A stretch of DNA of 64,000 bases from the NCBI RefSeq assembly GCF_030525615.1, contig NZ_JAUNEJ010000001.1, positions 688,696 through 752,695 of the forward strand, written 5' to 3'. Under the pieces are notes generated by a model that saw only the letters and a list, made by a program, of their open reading frames with translations, was not told where the DNA came from and did no database searches. Below, one piece after another: positions 1 to 10,087 of the stretch. Numbering within the stretch: position 1 is the first letter of the stretch; every line of letters begins with the position of its first letter. Source of the stretch: Cutibacterium sp. Lineage in GTDB: Bacteria > Actinomycetota > Actinomycetes > Propionibacteriales > Propionibacteriaceae. The translations under genes and the position numbers were made by a program.

Positions 1-427
1 CCCAAGCGGGAAATCCAATCATCCGGTCTGAGAGTCTGATTTCTCCCGTGGTCGGCGTACATGATCCCCACCGGGTGTTCTGGTTCGACACCCACCTCAC
101 TGAGGTGAGTCCGATAGTGTGCCCCACACGCGGTTCAAGGTGGGTTCGGCACAGCCGACGAGCACGACGTGTCAGCTCATCCGAAGTCGGGCCGGAACAT
201 CGTCGGGCCTGAGATCGAGTCACTTTGTCGACCAGTTCCAGCACCTGACGGTCCTGTTCGGCATTCCGCATACTCATAGGAACCATGACCAGAACGGAGT
301 TGCCCTCCATCCGCGCACTCAAGGTGCGGTGGCGTCGCGAACTGCGTCGAATAATGATTTCCGGCCTACCGTCGCGAGCTGCGATGACTTCATCGGTGGT
401 TGCCCTGCCAGCCATGAGACCCATCAT
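1..427 (-). CDS. M48/YgjP(DUF45)-like metallopeptidase, runs off the window start (partial)
   Basis: Manual minus-strand translation from ATG 427: MMGLMAGRATTDEVIAARDGRPEIIIRRSSRRHRTLSAR...WVSNQNTRWGSCTPTTGEIRLSDRMIGFPAW. The NQNTRWGSC...IRLS motif is typical of this family. Not in the ORF track (no stop inside the window). Confidence 0.8.
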   Translation of the reverse strand, partial: MMGLMAGRATTDEVIAARDGRPEIIIRRSSRRHRTLSARMEGNSVLVMVPMSMRNAEQDRQVLELVDKVTRSQARRCSGPTSDELTRRARRLCRTHLEPRVGHTIGLTSVRWVSNQNTRWGSCTPTTGEIRLSDRMIGFPAW

Positions 428-538
428 GCCCGATAGGAAGGACACTTCCGGCGGCAGACTGTTCTCTATTTACATGCATAATGGAATCTGCTCGGTACGC
501 GGTTGACGAGAACCATGACCTGTCCTACATTTGGAGAC

Positions 539-592
539 AACCCCCGGATCTCGGGTGTGCAGGGGAAGGCACATCGTAGTGGTCCGGGGGTT
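539..592. other. Long imperfect stem-loop in a divergent intergenic region
   Basis: AACCCCCGGA (539-548) pairs with TCCGGGGGTT (583-592); nested GGTGTGC/GCACATC stem around the loop AGGGGAAG. Confidence 0.55.
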
Positions 593-627
593 CTATATCC
601 CGGATCTCTGGCCTGATGTGCCAGGTT

Positions 628-703
628 CAGTGTTGTTCGAACGCCGATATATGTTGTCCGTGAAGGGCAATGTGTTGCCCGTCTGCAGTGATGTGTTGCC
701 CGT
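628..703. repeat. Four direct repeats with 21-bp period (core TGTTGYYCG)
   Basis: Units start at 628 cagtgttgttcga, 649 atatgttgtccgt, 670 atgtgttgcccgt and 691 atgtgttgcccgt. Confidence 0.7.
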
Positions 704-753
704 CGTCCCGGCGGCCCTTCCCCACGCTTCGGGGTTTCCGAAATCCTCAGAGT

Positions 754-1524
754 ATGCGCGTTGAACTTGATTGTCCTTGGACTCCTGTACCGGGTGGGTT
801 GCGTCTACTTGCTCCAGACGGTCGATCATTTCGACTGATGGGAGTCCAAGCAACCTATGACGGGAACATCGACGTCCCTGCGAACGTCGCGCAGCGCCTT
901 CATGAGTCTGGACTGGCGACACGACCGAGCGGACTTCGGGTAGCAGTCATCAGTGACGGCTACATCTCCCAAGACATCGTCTGCGGTCTATCGGCGAGAC
1001 ATATCGAGGTGACGACGTGGATGCGCGATCAGCAACCTCGAAGCTCTCGAAACCTTCGATGGGTGTCCGGGGCGTCCTGTCCCGAGGCCGATGTTGTCGT
1101 GATATGCCCGAGGACCCTGCTGGGAGGCCGTGACATCGCTGAACAGTGTCAACGCGCCGGCATAGCTTCCATCATTGCCTGGGGACGCCATCGTTGGGGT
1201 GTCGTCGGACCGGTTAATGATCGCAACCCAGGATGCCAGCACTGCGCAGACATGGCGCTGGCGGCGCACGACCCAGACTGGGTAGTGATAGCCCGTACGG
1301 CGATCGGAGACAACCATGACCCGGTTGTGACTGCCTGGTTGGTCAACCGCATCGAGACTACCGCTAGGGCTCTGCACGATCACTCAGACCGACGTCACTT
1401 AAAGTCTCTCCACGTTCGTACCACCGCCGGCGAGCGCAGTCTCCATGTGCCGATTCAACCCGGATGTCATTGCTGGTCACCTGAAGATGCGTCGTGCAGT
1501 ACCTTGATGAGATCAGCGGCATAA
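754..1524 (+). CDS. Rv3196-like ThiF/E1-related protein (TOMM leader-binding-like domain)
   Basis: Motif VVGPVNDRNPGCQHCADMALAAHDPDW; conserved actinobacterial position next to uvrD2. Start moved to ATG 754, downstream of the repeats. Confidence 0.65.
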   Translation: MRVELDCPWTPVPGGLRLLAPDGRSFRLMGVQATYDGNIDVPANVAQRLHESGLATRPSGLRVAVISDGYISQDIVCGLSARHIEVTTWMRDQQPRSSRNLRWVSGASCPEADVVVICPRTLLGGRDIAEQCQRAGIASIIAWGRHRWGVVGPVNDRNPGCQHCADMALAAHDPDWVVIARTAIGDNHDPVVTAWLVNRIETTARALHDHSDRRHLKSLHVRTTAGERSLHVPIQPGCHCWSPEDASCSTLMRSAA

Positions 1525-3551
1525 AGATCGGCCTTGCGTCGCCCAATCCCAGGAACTTGCAATAATCCCTCAACCGAATATGGCCGATTCTCGGCGATGC
1601 CGAGCAAGGTCGCGTCGGTGAGAATGACAAACGCGGGGACACGATCAGTCTCTGCTCGTCCACTGCGCCATTCACGCAGTCTCTCGACCAATGCCGGGTC
1701 GACCCCCACTTCACACGCAATGTGGTGGCCAAGCTTGCGATCTCGGCCGGCCATCAAGGCCTCACCACAGACCGAACACCTCGCAACGGTTGTGCGTCGT
1801 CTGCGGTGACGTGGTGGCTTGTTGGACGCCTCCCCAGCCCCAGACAACCCACGCAGGAAACGCGAAATCCCCTGTCGATCACGGTTCGATCCTGACCACG
1901 AATACGAAACCCACAGATCTCGGCGTGCGCGGGTAATCCCGACATGCAACAGACGCCGTTCCGAGGCAATCTCAGCAGGAGTCTCCGCCATAATGAACGG
2001 CACCATATCGTCGCTCATTCCGTACAGGGCAACAACGTCCCATTCGAGTCCCTTGGAGGCATGCAAGGTGGCGAGGGTGACCCCTTCGCCGACCGGGACC
2101 TCCTGAGTTGCGTTCCGCCGGGAAAGCACCGCAGCCACGTCTGCCAGACGCGCCTTCTCCTTATCGACGATCGAGGCAGCCAAATCATGAAGCGCCTGCA
2201 GGGATTCCCAGCGCTGCCTTAACTCGCCTTCCCCTTGGGGCGGTGTGGCGGTCCATCCCTGAGCAGCAAGGAGCCGGTCGAAGGCTGGCAGCGCATCGGC
2301 GTCGGGTTCGTCGGCGACCAGCCGGGCAAGCGCGTCCATAGCGCGACGTACCTCGGGTCTGTCGTAAAACCTCTCGGATCCCCTGACCAAATACGGAATG
2401 GACCGCTCGCTCAGTGCAGCTTCGAGATGGGCGGCCTGCGAATTGATCCGGTACAAAATGGCAATCTCAGACCACGGGATCCCGGCAGCGTGACGAGATT
2501 CAATCCACATAGCAATTGCCGAAGCTTCAGTAGAGTCATCACCGAGAACTTGGAAAACCGGCTCAGGCCCCGAAGGTCGTCGAGCTACCAGATTCACTCC
2601 CCTGCCATGTTCGGCGGCTTCTTCCGAAGACAGACGGTTGACAAGAACTTCATTTGCTAACCGGATGATCTCCGGAGAAGACCGATAATTCCGCACCAAG
2701 TCAATGCGTTTCGTACCCGGATGATCTGTCACGAAATCCAACAAATAATCGGCCCTCGCGCCAGCATAGGAATGAATAGCCTGGTGCGGGTCCCCGACGA
2801 CACAGACGTCATTGCGATCACCGAACCATAGCTCGAGTAATCTATGCTGAATGGGAGAAACATCCTGATACTCATCAACGACGAAGTGCTGATAGCGAGC
2901 TCGGATTTCCGCTGTGATGTCGCGGTGCTGAACCATCATGGCGACAGCGCACAACAGAATGTCGTCAAGGTCAATGACGCAACGCTCACGTTTGACCGCC
3001 TCGTATCCAGCAAACACCCTGCCGACATCGGTAGCCGAGACCCCCGCCACCACTCGCCCTTCTGTTCGAGCCAAAGCTGCATAATCGTCACAGGAAACAT
3101 TCGAGACTTTTGCCCAAGAAATCTCGGCAGACAAATCTCGTAACAGCGCCTTGTCACTTCCCAAGCCGATACGTCGGGTCGCTTCGGCAAGCATGGAGAA
3201 TCGGGCTTCACTCACTGGCGGCAATTCGCAGTTGTAGGCGCGCGGCCAAAAAAACTTGATCTGTCGCAGCGCGGCTGAGTGAATGGTGCGCGCCTGGACA
3301 CCCACCACGCCAAGGTCAGCAAGGCGTCCCTTCATAGTGCCGGCAGCTTTGGTGGTGAAGGTCACTGCTAGGGTTCGACGCGGGTTGAGTTTTCCTGTCG
3401 CAGCTCCGTAGGCGATACGGTGCGTGAGAGCGCGAGTCTTTCCCGTCCCGGCACCGGCGATGACGCAGACTGGAACGTCAAAGGTTTTGGCGACCTTCGC
3501 CTGTTCAGGATCCAGCGCTGCCAAGATCACATCTGCCGGTTGAGTTCTCAC
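1467..3551 (-). CDS. uvrD2: UvrD2-type ATP-dependent DNA helicase with C-terminal Zn-binding and HRDC domains
   Basis: AGAGTGKT, VVDEYQD, GDPHQAIHSY, TLHASKGLEW, CSVC...HHIAC, and HRDC (LREWRS...VPAFVILTDATL). GTG 3551 lies 7 nt after a -10 hexamer (likely leaderless). Confidence 0.92.
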   Translation of the reverse strand: MRTQPADVILAALDPEQAKVAKTFDVPVCVIAGAGTGKTRALTHRIAYGAATGKLNPRRTLAVTFTTKAAGTMKGRLADLGVVGVQARTIHSAALRQIKFFWPRAYNCELPPVSEARFSMLAEATRRIGLGSDKALLRDLSAEISWAKVSNVSCDDYAALARTEGRVVAGVSATDVGRVFAGYEAVKRERCVIDLDDILLCAVAMMVQHRDITAEIRARYQHFVVDEYQDVSPIQHRLLELWFGDRNDVCVVGDPHQAIHSYAGARADYLLDFVTDHPGTKRIDLVRNYRSSPEIIRLANEVLVNRLSSEEAAEHGRGVNLVARRPSGPEPVFQVLGDDSTEASAIAMWIESRHAAGIPWSEIAILYRINSQAAHLEAALSERSIPYLVRGSERFYDRPEVRRAMDALARLVADEPDADALPAFDRLLAAQGWTATPPQGEGELRQRWESLQALHDLAASIVDKEKARLADVAAVLSRRNATQEVPVGEGVTLATLHASKGLEWDVVALYGMSDDMVPFIMAETPAEIASERRLLHVGITRARRDLWVSYSWSGSNRDRQGISRFLRGLSGAGEASNKPPRHRRRRTTVARCSVCGEALMAGRDRKLGHHIACEVGVDPALVERLREWRSGRAETDRVPAFVILTDATLLGIAENRPYSVEGLLQVPGIGRRKADLYAADLIKVLHDASSGDQQ

Positions 3552-3558
3552 AGCGATC

Positions 3559-3580
3559 ACCATAGGGACACGCACCGACA
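3559..3580 (-). promoter_or_regulatory. PafBC/RecA-NDp-type promoter of uvrD2
   Basis: Minus strand TGTCGG-tgcgtgtccc(10 nt)-TATGGT, an exact match to TGTCGG-N10-TANNNT. Confidence 0.75.
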
Positions 3581-3630
3581 GATTGACGATGGTCTGTTCT
3601 GCGTGTGTGCCATCAGCTGTCACGAAAACT

Positions 3631-3652
3631 CGTCGGACGGCGTTCCTATACT
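3631..3652 (+). promoter_or_regulatory. PafBC/RecA-NDp-like promoter of recCBD
   Basis: CGTCGG-acggcgttcc(10 nt)-TATACT, one mismatch to consensus; RBS AAGGAGG before ATG 3712. Confidence 0.6.
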
Positions 3653-3711
3653 GACTTACCAGCTCTTCAACAGTCCCAGACCCAGTCGAGTCGTCACAAG
3701 GAGGTGCCCCG

Positions 3712-6700
3712 ATGGCAGGTGCGGTGAAGGTCGTTCATTCCTGGGGCCACGTCAGCGAAGCTGTGTCGACGGCTTTGTCACAACCCACTGAGGATCCTTT
3801 CGTTCGTCCAATCCTTGTAGCACCCAGCACGGCTCATTCCCGCGCTCTGCTGCAGTCTCATGCTTGTCGTTATGGCATCGCTGCTGGAATCCCATCGACG
3901 ACTCCCTTCGAGCTGAGAACCGGCCTCGAAGAAGACGTCCTCGGGATTGATCGCGCTGACGATCCGTGGCGTCCTGGACCGTTAGCCTTACGAATCGCAC
4001 GCATCATCGATTCTCCGGGTTTCGAAATCGTTTCTACCCACCTTGATTCCTGTCGACGCCAAGGCATTCCTCGCGCATCATGGACAACAGCCCGGCAGGC
4101 GGCAGAGGCGCTGACAGCAATTGCCCGAGATTCCCATGATGTCTTGCGGATCTGGGCTCGCGGCCACGGCACCCAAGCTGACAATGAGTATGACGTCGAC
4201 CTCACCGGTAGCCCGTTGGACCCAGCCCGATCCTGGTGGGCTCCGCTGTGGCGCACCCTGCTCGCCGAACCCTGCCCGGTTACCGACCCGGTGACCAGGC
4301 ATGAGGCGTTGGTTGACGCGCTGCGAGGACGACAAGCCTCGTGCGGTGCGCCTATTGTCTGGTTCTCGTCGGCAGCGGTACCTCAGCACGACGTTGAGTT
4401 GGCCGAGGCTCTGGCGGTGTCGCGCACCATCACGATCATCCACCTCGATCATGCCCTTCAACCCCATGACCCATGGCGCACCTTCGATCGCCTACGCGCC
4501 GCAACCACGGCGAGGTGGGTCTCGTCATCACTTCCCGTTCTCGGGGATACGACGGAGGCACCGGCCAACGAACTTGCCCCGGTTGACATTCACAACTGTC
4601 ATGGGCCAGACCGGCAAGCAGAGGTTGTTCGCGACGTCGTGTGTGAAGTCCTGGCCGACGACGAAACAGTGGAACCAAGGGACATCGTCGTGGTGTGCTC
4701 GGGACGTCAGGATGCGGCGCATTTGTTGTCCGCGAGCACCATGGCGCAGACCAATCATCCGGCCAATCGAATTCGATTTACGACACCGCCGCCCCAGAAT
4801 CGCGTCAATCCAGTGACCGAAGCTGTCACCACCGTCCTTGGGCTGGCAACTGCCCGCGCGACCGGACAAGATCTTCTCAATCTTTGCGCCATGCCTGTTA
4901 TCAGAGCACGTTTCGGATTTTCCGACGATGACCAGGAAACGATCGAACGATTGATAAGCCAGGCTGACATTCGCTGGGGAGTAGACCCAGCAGCTCGCGA
5001 AAAGGCCGGGCTAGCACGAATTAGGCAGTCAACCTGGTTGGCTGGAATTGAGCGCATGGTTCTCGCTATCGCGATGTCATCTGCCCCTCCCACCCATCTG
5101 GGTACTGTCACACCCATTACTGATGTTGGATCCACCACGATTCCAGTCGTGGGGAAACTGGCCGAGCTGGTCTCGCGATTGCGTAAAGCGTTCCTCGATA
5201 CCGAGGTCCCCGCACCACTGACAGTGTGGTCCACTCGTATCAGCGACATCGTTGACAACCTGACCGCCGCACCTAGCGATGCTCCCCGATCGGTACTGGA
5301 TACCCTCTCCCTTCTGGCCAATCTTGATTCAGCTTCCGAGGACAGGGATTTTAATCGCCAGGAGATCATTGACCTTCTGACGTGGTTGTCAGGGACATAC
5401 CATATCCGTCATTCATGGTTTGACGGCTCGCTTCACGTCTGTCGGCCTGGTGATCTTTCTCCTGTCGACCATAAGGTCGTCATCATTGTTGACCCCGATC
5501 AAGACGTCGTTCGGACCGACCAGCTTCACGGGCTGCGCGATGACTGCCTCGACCCAAGTACCAGAGCACGTCAGGATCTTTTCGATGTCGCCCTGTCCGC
5601 AAAGAACCGTCTCATCGTTGTGCGACAGGATCGAAACGCTGTGACCAACCTCCCTGTGCTGCCTGGTCCCTTTACGACCACCTTGACCGAGGCACTCAAG
5701 GCAAAGAACGCCACCGCACACTGCGTCGTCAACCACGGTTTGCAGCCCTTCTCCCCTGATGAGTTCAGTGACAGCACCGGAGCGTCGTGGCGCAGCTTCG
5801 ACCAGACTGCGGCAGAAGCAGCGCGATGCCAACCTGGTTCGCGATCACGCCGTAACCGCATTGTTCTACCTCCGGTGACGGAGCTTCCCGAATCACGGAT
5901 GTCGCCAACTGATCTCACTTTGGCGTTGTCTCACCCTGCCCGAACATTGCTTCGAGCACGGGCAGGTGCTCCGGCCAATGACAGAAACACGGATCTTCCA
6001 ACTGACCTGCCCCTTGCCCCAGGGCCGTTGGACAAATATTGGATTCGTTCTCGGATACTCGCGGACCTTGAACATGGTTCGGATCCGCAAGACGCCATTG
6101 ACGCAGAGCGACTACGAGGATCAACTCCCCCCGGTCGGTATGGACAGAATCTGGTCGATGCCTTGGCGCAGCAGGCGAGCAATATCTCGAAAACGGCCAA
6201 TAATCTTCGTGGTGACCATGATGAACGGTTCGTCGAAATCAACCTTGATCTCACTGACGGCGACACGCCGCCACTGACATGGCCTGACGGACTCATCGTC
6301 GATCCCATGCATACGGTTACCCTGAGAGGTCGAGTCGGGGTGAGAAACAAGCAGATCGTCCATGCTGTAGCGAGTCGCGCACATGCCAGGCCGCTTCTTG
6401 ACCTGTGGGTTGATGTCCTGGCAGTCACGATTGCCACTAACGAGACTGGATGGTGCGGAGCTTTGGTGTCCAATGATGAGGTCTGGAAGATGATGGCCCC
6501 TGATCCCGTTCGTGCACGCGATATTCTCGCCGGTCTGGCGCGTCTAGCGTGGTGGAGTAATCAACAGCTCATCCCGTTACCCGTCAAACTAGCCCATGCC
6601 CTGGTAGGTCTGTCTCCCATGCCACGTCGCAATTGGCAAACCACTCCACTGCAACAAAAGTGGTCGAAGGAGTACGACCCGAACTGGGCAGCGTTTCTCG

Positions 6701-6855
6701 GTCCTGACGTCAACGAGCTCATCACGAGATGTCACGAACTTGGCACCACCCTTGAAAATCTGTCTGGCTGGCTTTTCAACCCCATCATTGCGGCATCCCA
6801 AGGGACAAGGGGTTGTCAACCGGCGATGGCTCGTATTGCCCGCCCCGGAGCATGA
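3712..6855 (+). CDS. recC: Exodeoxyribonuclease V subunit gamma
   Basis: 1047 aa; DIHNCHGPDRQAEVVRDVV...VEPRDIVVVC, IRWGVD...QSTWLAGIERMVL, NHGLQPFSP; first gene of the recC-recB-recD operon. Confidence 0.88.
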   Translation: MAGAVKVVHSWGHVSEAVSTALSQPTEDPFVRPILVAPSTAHSRALLQSHACRYGIAAGIPSTTPFELRTGLEEDVLGIDRADDPWRPGPLALRIARIIDSPGFEIVSTHLDSCRRQGIPRASWTTARQAAEALTAIARDSHDVLRIWARGHGTQADNEYDVDLTGSPLDPARSWWAPLWRTLLAEPCPVTDPVTRHEALVDALRGRQASCGAPIVWFSSAAVPQHDVELAEALAVSRTITIIHLDHALQPHDPWRTFDRLRAATTARWVSSSLPVLGDTTEAPANELAPVDIHNCHGPDRQAEVVRDVVCEVLADDETVEPRDIVVVCSGRQDAAHLLSASTMAQTNHPANRIRFTTPPPQNRVNPVTEAVTTVLGLATARATGQDLLNLCAMPVIRARFGFSDDDQETIERLISQADIRWGVDPAAREKAGLARIRQSTWLAGIERMVLAIAMSSAPPTHLGTVTPITDVGSTTIPVVGKLAELVSRLRKAFLDTEVPAPLTVWSTRISDIVDNLTAAPSDAPRSVLDTLSLLANLDSASEDRDFNRQEIIDLLTWLSGTYHIRHSWFDGSLHVCRPGDLSPVDHKVVIIVDPDQDVVRTDQLHGLRDDCLDPSTRARQDLFDVALSAKNRLIVVRQDRNAVTNLPVLPGPFTTTLTEALKAKNATAHCVVNHGLQPFSPDEFSDSTGASWRSFDQTAAEAARCQPGSRSRRNRIVLPPVTELPESRMSPTDLTLALSHPARTLLRARAGAPANDRNTDLPTDLPLAPGPLDKYWIRSRILADLEHGSDPQDAIDAERLRGSTPPGRYGQNLVDALAQQASNISKTANNLRGDHDERFVEINLDLTDGDTPPLTWPDGLIVDPMHTVTLRGRVGVRNKQIVHAVASRAHARPLLDLWVDVLAVTIATNETGWCGALVSNDEVWKMMAPDPVRARDILAGLARLAWWSNQQLIPLPVKLAHALVGLSPMPRRNWQTTPLQQKWSKEYDPNWAAFLGPDVNELITRCHELGTTLENLSGWLFNPIIAASQGTRGCQPAMARIARPGA

Positions 6856-6856
6856 C

Positions 6857-9800
6857 ATGGGTACGAAGACATCATTCAGCATCACTGACCCACTACCACA
6901 AGGAACTGTCCTTCTGGCGGCGAGTGCGGGAACTGGGAAAACCTGGACAATCTCGGCAGTATGCGCCAAGGCGATTGCAACCGGGATGGTGAAGAACATT
7001 GAGAATCTTCTCCTGGTCACCTTCAACCGGTCAGCAGCTCGGGAACTGCGTGGGCGAGTGTATGAACGTCTTGTCAGCACTGCGGCCTTGCTGGCAGGTG
7101 ACAGACCGTCCAATGATGCCTGCGATGAATCCTTGATGAATCTCGGGACGGAAGGACTGGACCGGGTACGAGCAGCCCTGGACTCCTTTGACCGTGCTGT
7201 TATTACAACCACCCACGAATTCGCGTCTCGGATGCTCGTCGAGCTGGGAATCCTGTCAGATCATGATCCCTCGTCAGTCCTCATGGCTGACCTCACCCCG
7301 CTAGCTACCGAGGTGTCTGACGACTTTTACCTGGCTCGGTATTTCGACGTTGCCCAACCTCCATCTGTGAATGACAAGCGCAAGCTGTCAAGGGATGTCG
7401 CCGTCAAATATGGTGAGGTACCAATTGCGCCACACACCGACGTCGTATCACCTGATCTTGAATGGACTCAATCCGTGCGAGCCGAAGTACGAAAGCGTTC
7501 CCGGGCGAGGGCGGTTCACACCTTTGACGACCTCATCGCAGATTTACTCAGAGCGCTGCGAGACCCTGTCCGAGGCCAATTAGCACGCGAAACTTTGGCA
7601 CGACGTTTTGCATTGGTGATGGTCGATGAGTTCCAGGACACCGATCCTTTACAGTGGGAAATACTGCGTCTGGCCTTCCATGAACGCAGCAACCTGTGGC
7701 TCATTGGTGATCCCAAACAGTCCATCTATGCGTTCCGCGGGGCCGACATCTACGCTTATCAGGACGCTGCGGAATCTGCTGAACACGTCCTCCATCTCGA
7801 CGTCAATTACCGGGCTGACAAGCCCATCGTCGAGGCCATCAGTACCCTTTTCGGCAACGCACAACTAGGGCGAGGAATCGCCATGGAGCCGGTCACCGCC
7901 GACCACCAGAGATCTCGGATCGGCACTCAAACCACGCACAATCATCGATACAGCTGGTCTCAGCCCTTCCAAATCCGTTGTCTTGAAGCCCCGGCAGATG
8001 TTCGGATGGACGCTGCGACCTCGGAGCGCATGGTTACTGAGGATGTGGTCAACCAAGTCATCATGATGTTGGAGGGCGGCACCGTCATCCATGATGACGA
8101 CGGCCAAGACAGACCACTTCGCCCCAACGATATCGCCATCTTGGTCAGGACGCGCAGAAGGGGTGCTGCGATCGCTGCCGCTTTGTCACAAGCCAACCAA
8201 CCTGCTGTCTTTTCCGGCGACTCGCCGGTGTGGACGTCCCAGGCTGCCAAAGATCTCGTCACCCTCTTGGAAGCCCTCGACAACACCGACGAAAGACTGC
8301 GCACCCGGTTGTGTTTGTCCGACCTCATTGGTGCCACTCCTGCCGATCTTGCCGCATCGGATTCGAGGGTACGTTCTGATTTGGCCATCGATGTGGCCCG
8401 GTGGGCAAGCGTGTGGCCCAGCACCGGAGTTTGGGGCACCGTTGAAGCAGCACTTCACAGGCCGGGGGTATTGGCTCGTCTGGTCAGTATGACCGACGGT
8501 GAGCGCTACGTCACAGACCTTCGTCAGGTGGCGCAACAAGCCCACGCCGCAAGCTGCGACGCTGCGTTGACGCCGACTGCGGCAGCGGCATGGATTCGTG
8601 ACCAGCAACAACGCGTCGGAGACGACGAGCCTCGTCGTCTCGACAGCGACCAACAGGCCGTCAATGTTATGACCATCCACGAGGCGAAAGGGCTGGGCTT
8701 TCCAGTTGTCTTACTACCTGACATTTCTCATGGCTGGAGTCTGAGTAATCGCGGGCCGATCGTCTGGCATGACGGACATCGCCGAGTTCTTAGTATTTCT
8801 TCCCAAGGTCCCGATCGCGATACGGCGGTTGAGAGCCATCAAGAAGATGAACGGGGCGAGAATCTTCGGCTTCTTTACGTAGCTCTCACCCGAGCCCGAT
8901 CGGCCGTTCGGTTGTGGTGGTGGCCCTGCTCATCTCGTAATCAAGGATCGGCTTTCCAGCGGTTGGTCGAGATGGATCGTTCTAGTGGCGAACTTGGCCT
9001 TGGCAGGGAAGGAACTAATCCGAGGATCCTCCCCTGGCTCAACTCAGGACCCATCATGACGGCTACCGCACCGGCCAATCAGAAACACCTCAGTCGAACA
9101 CCGAGCATCAAATATCGGGACGTCGCGTCACCACGCCAGCTGACACGACCTTTGGAGCTTGACTTCGTTCGAACCTCATATTCAGGATTGACTACCGAGA
9201 TTCATGGCGGTGTCCTTACTCCCCTGGCGGCCACGCTTACCGACGAGCCTGAGGAAGATGAATCCACCGACATCACTGCTACCGGACTCTGCGGACTTCC
9301 CGGCGGCACATCCTTTGGCACTGTGGTACACGAGGTACTCGAGCACATCGACACCAGTTCTTCGAACCTGTCTCACGAGGTCCTCGCTATCACCCGAAGA
9401 ATCCTACGGACAGCGCCATTACCGGACGTTCCTGCGCCAGTTCTTGCAGCCGGCTTGGAACAGGTTCTTCGGACAGATCTTGGTGACCTGGCACAGGGCA
9501 TGACACTGGCGAGCTTCTCCCCCGACAACAGACTTGCAGAGATGAATTTCGAGTTGGCGATGTGCCAATCCAAGACGGCACAAACAATGGCCGACCTAGC
9601 GGCTCTGCTCAGGGATCCGGGCTTAGTTCCGTCGGATGATCCGATCAGTGGATACGGAGATGCACTGTCCCACATACCTAACAGTGACCAGACTCTGCGA
9701 GGTTTCCTCACTGGCTCAATTGACGCGGTTTTGAGACGGCCGGATGATCGTTACCTTGTCGTCGACTACAAGACAAACCGAGTTCCTGGCGCTCGAAAGC

Positions 9801-10087
9801 TACGAGCCGAGATGTACGACACCGACACTATGCGCGCCATGATGTTCAGCTCTCACTATCCCCTACAGGGACTGCTGTATTCAGCGGCCTTGCATCGATT
9901 CTTGGTGTCGAGCCTTCCCGGATACGACCCTGCCCGCCATCTTGGACCTATCGGATATCTCTTCGTTCGAGGGATGACCGGCGGCTCAGCTCCTGAGACC
10001 GGGATGCCGCAAGGAGTGTTCACATGGCATCCAAAGCCGGATCTCATCGAGGCTATCAGCGAGTGTTTGGGAGGTCGCCATGCCTGA
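6857..10087 (+). CDS. recB: Exodeoxyribonuclease V subunit beta (helicase-nuclease)
   Basis: ASAGTGKT, VMVDEFQDTD, GDPKQSIYAFRGAD, TIHEAKGLGF, nuclease motif GSIDAVL...VVDYKTN. ATG 6857 directly follows the recC stop. Confidence 0.92.
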   Translation: MGTKTSFSITDPLPQGTVLLAASAGTGKTWTISAVCAKAIATGMVKNIENLLLVTFNRSAARELRGRVYERLVSTAALLAGDRPSNDACDESLMNLGTEGLDRVRAALDSFDRAVITTTHEFASRMLVELGILSDHDPSSVLMADLTPLATEVSDDFYLARYFDVAQPPSVNDKRKLSRDVAVKYGEVPIAPHTDVVSPDLEWTQSVRAEVRKRSRARAVHTFDDLIADLLRALRDPVRGQLARETLARRFALVMVDEFQDTDPLQWEILRLAFHERSNLWLIGDPKQSIYAFRGADIYAYQDAAESAEHVLHLDVNYRADKPIVEAISTLFGNAQLGRGIAMEPVTADHQRSRIGTQTTHNHRYSWSQPFQIRCLEAPADVRMDAATSERMVTEDVVNQVIMMLEGGTVIHDDDGQDRPLRPNDIAILVRTRRRGAAIAAALSQANQPAVFSGDSPVWTSQAAKDLVTLLEALDNTDERLRTRLCLSDLIGATPADLAASDSRVRSDLAIDVARWASVWPSTGVWGTVEAALHRPGVLARLVSMTDGERYVTDLRQVAQQAHAASCDAALTPTAAAAWIRDQQQRVGDDEPRRLDSDQQAVNVMTIHEAKGLGFPVVLLPDISHGWSLSNRGPIVWHDGHRRVLSISSQGPDRDTAVESHQEDERGENLRLLYVALTRARSAVRLWWWPCSSRNQGSAFQRLVEMDRSSGELGLGREGTNPRILPWLNSGPIMTATAPANQKHLSRTPSIKYRDVASPRQLTRPLELDFVRTSYSGLTTEIHGGVLTPLAATLTDEPEEDESTDITATGLCGLPGGTSFGTVVHEVLEHIDTSSSNLSHEVLAITRRILRTAPLPDVPAPVLAAGLEQVLRTDLGDLAQGMTLASFSPDNRLAEMNFELAMCQSKTAQTMADLAALLRDPGLVPSDDPISGYGDALSHIPNSDQTLRGFLTGSIDAVLRRPDDRYLVVDYKTNRVPGARKLRAEMYDTDTMRAMMFSSHYPLQGLLYSAALHRFLVSSLPGYDPARHLGPIGYLFVRGMTGGSAPETGMPQGVFTWHPKPDLIEAISECLGGRHA

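Noticed and set aside
670-1524. TOMM/RiPP biosynthetic cluster suggested by the ThiF-like protein and Cys/Ser-rich MCCPS repeats
   Set aside because: No YcaO, dehydrogenase, transporter or separate precursor ORF; the gene is a conserved solitary neighbour of uvrD2.
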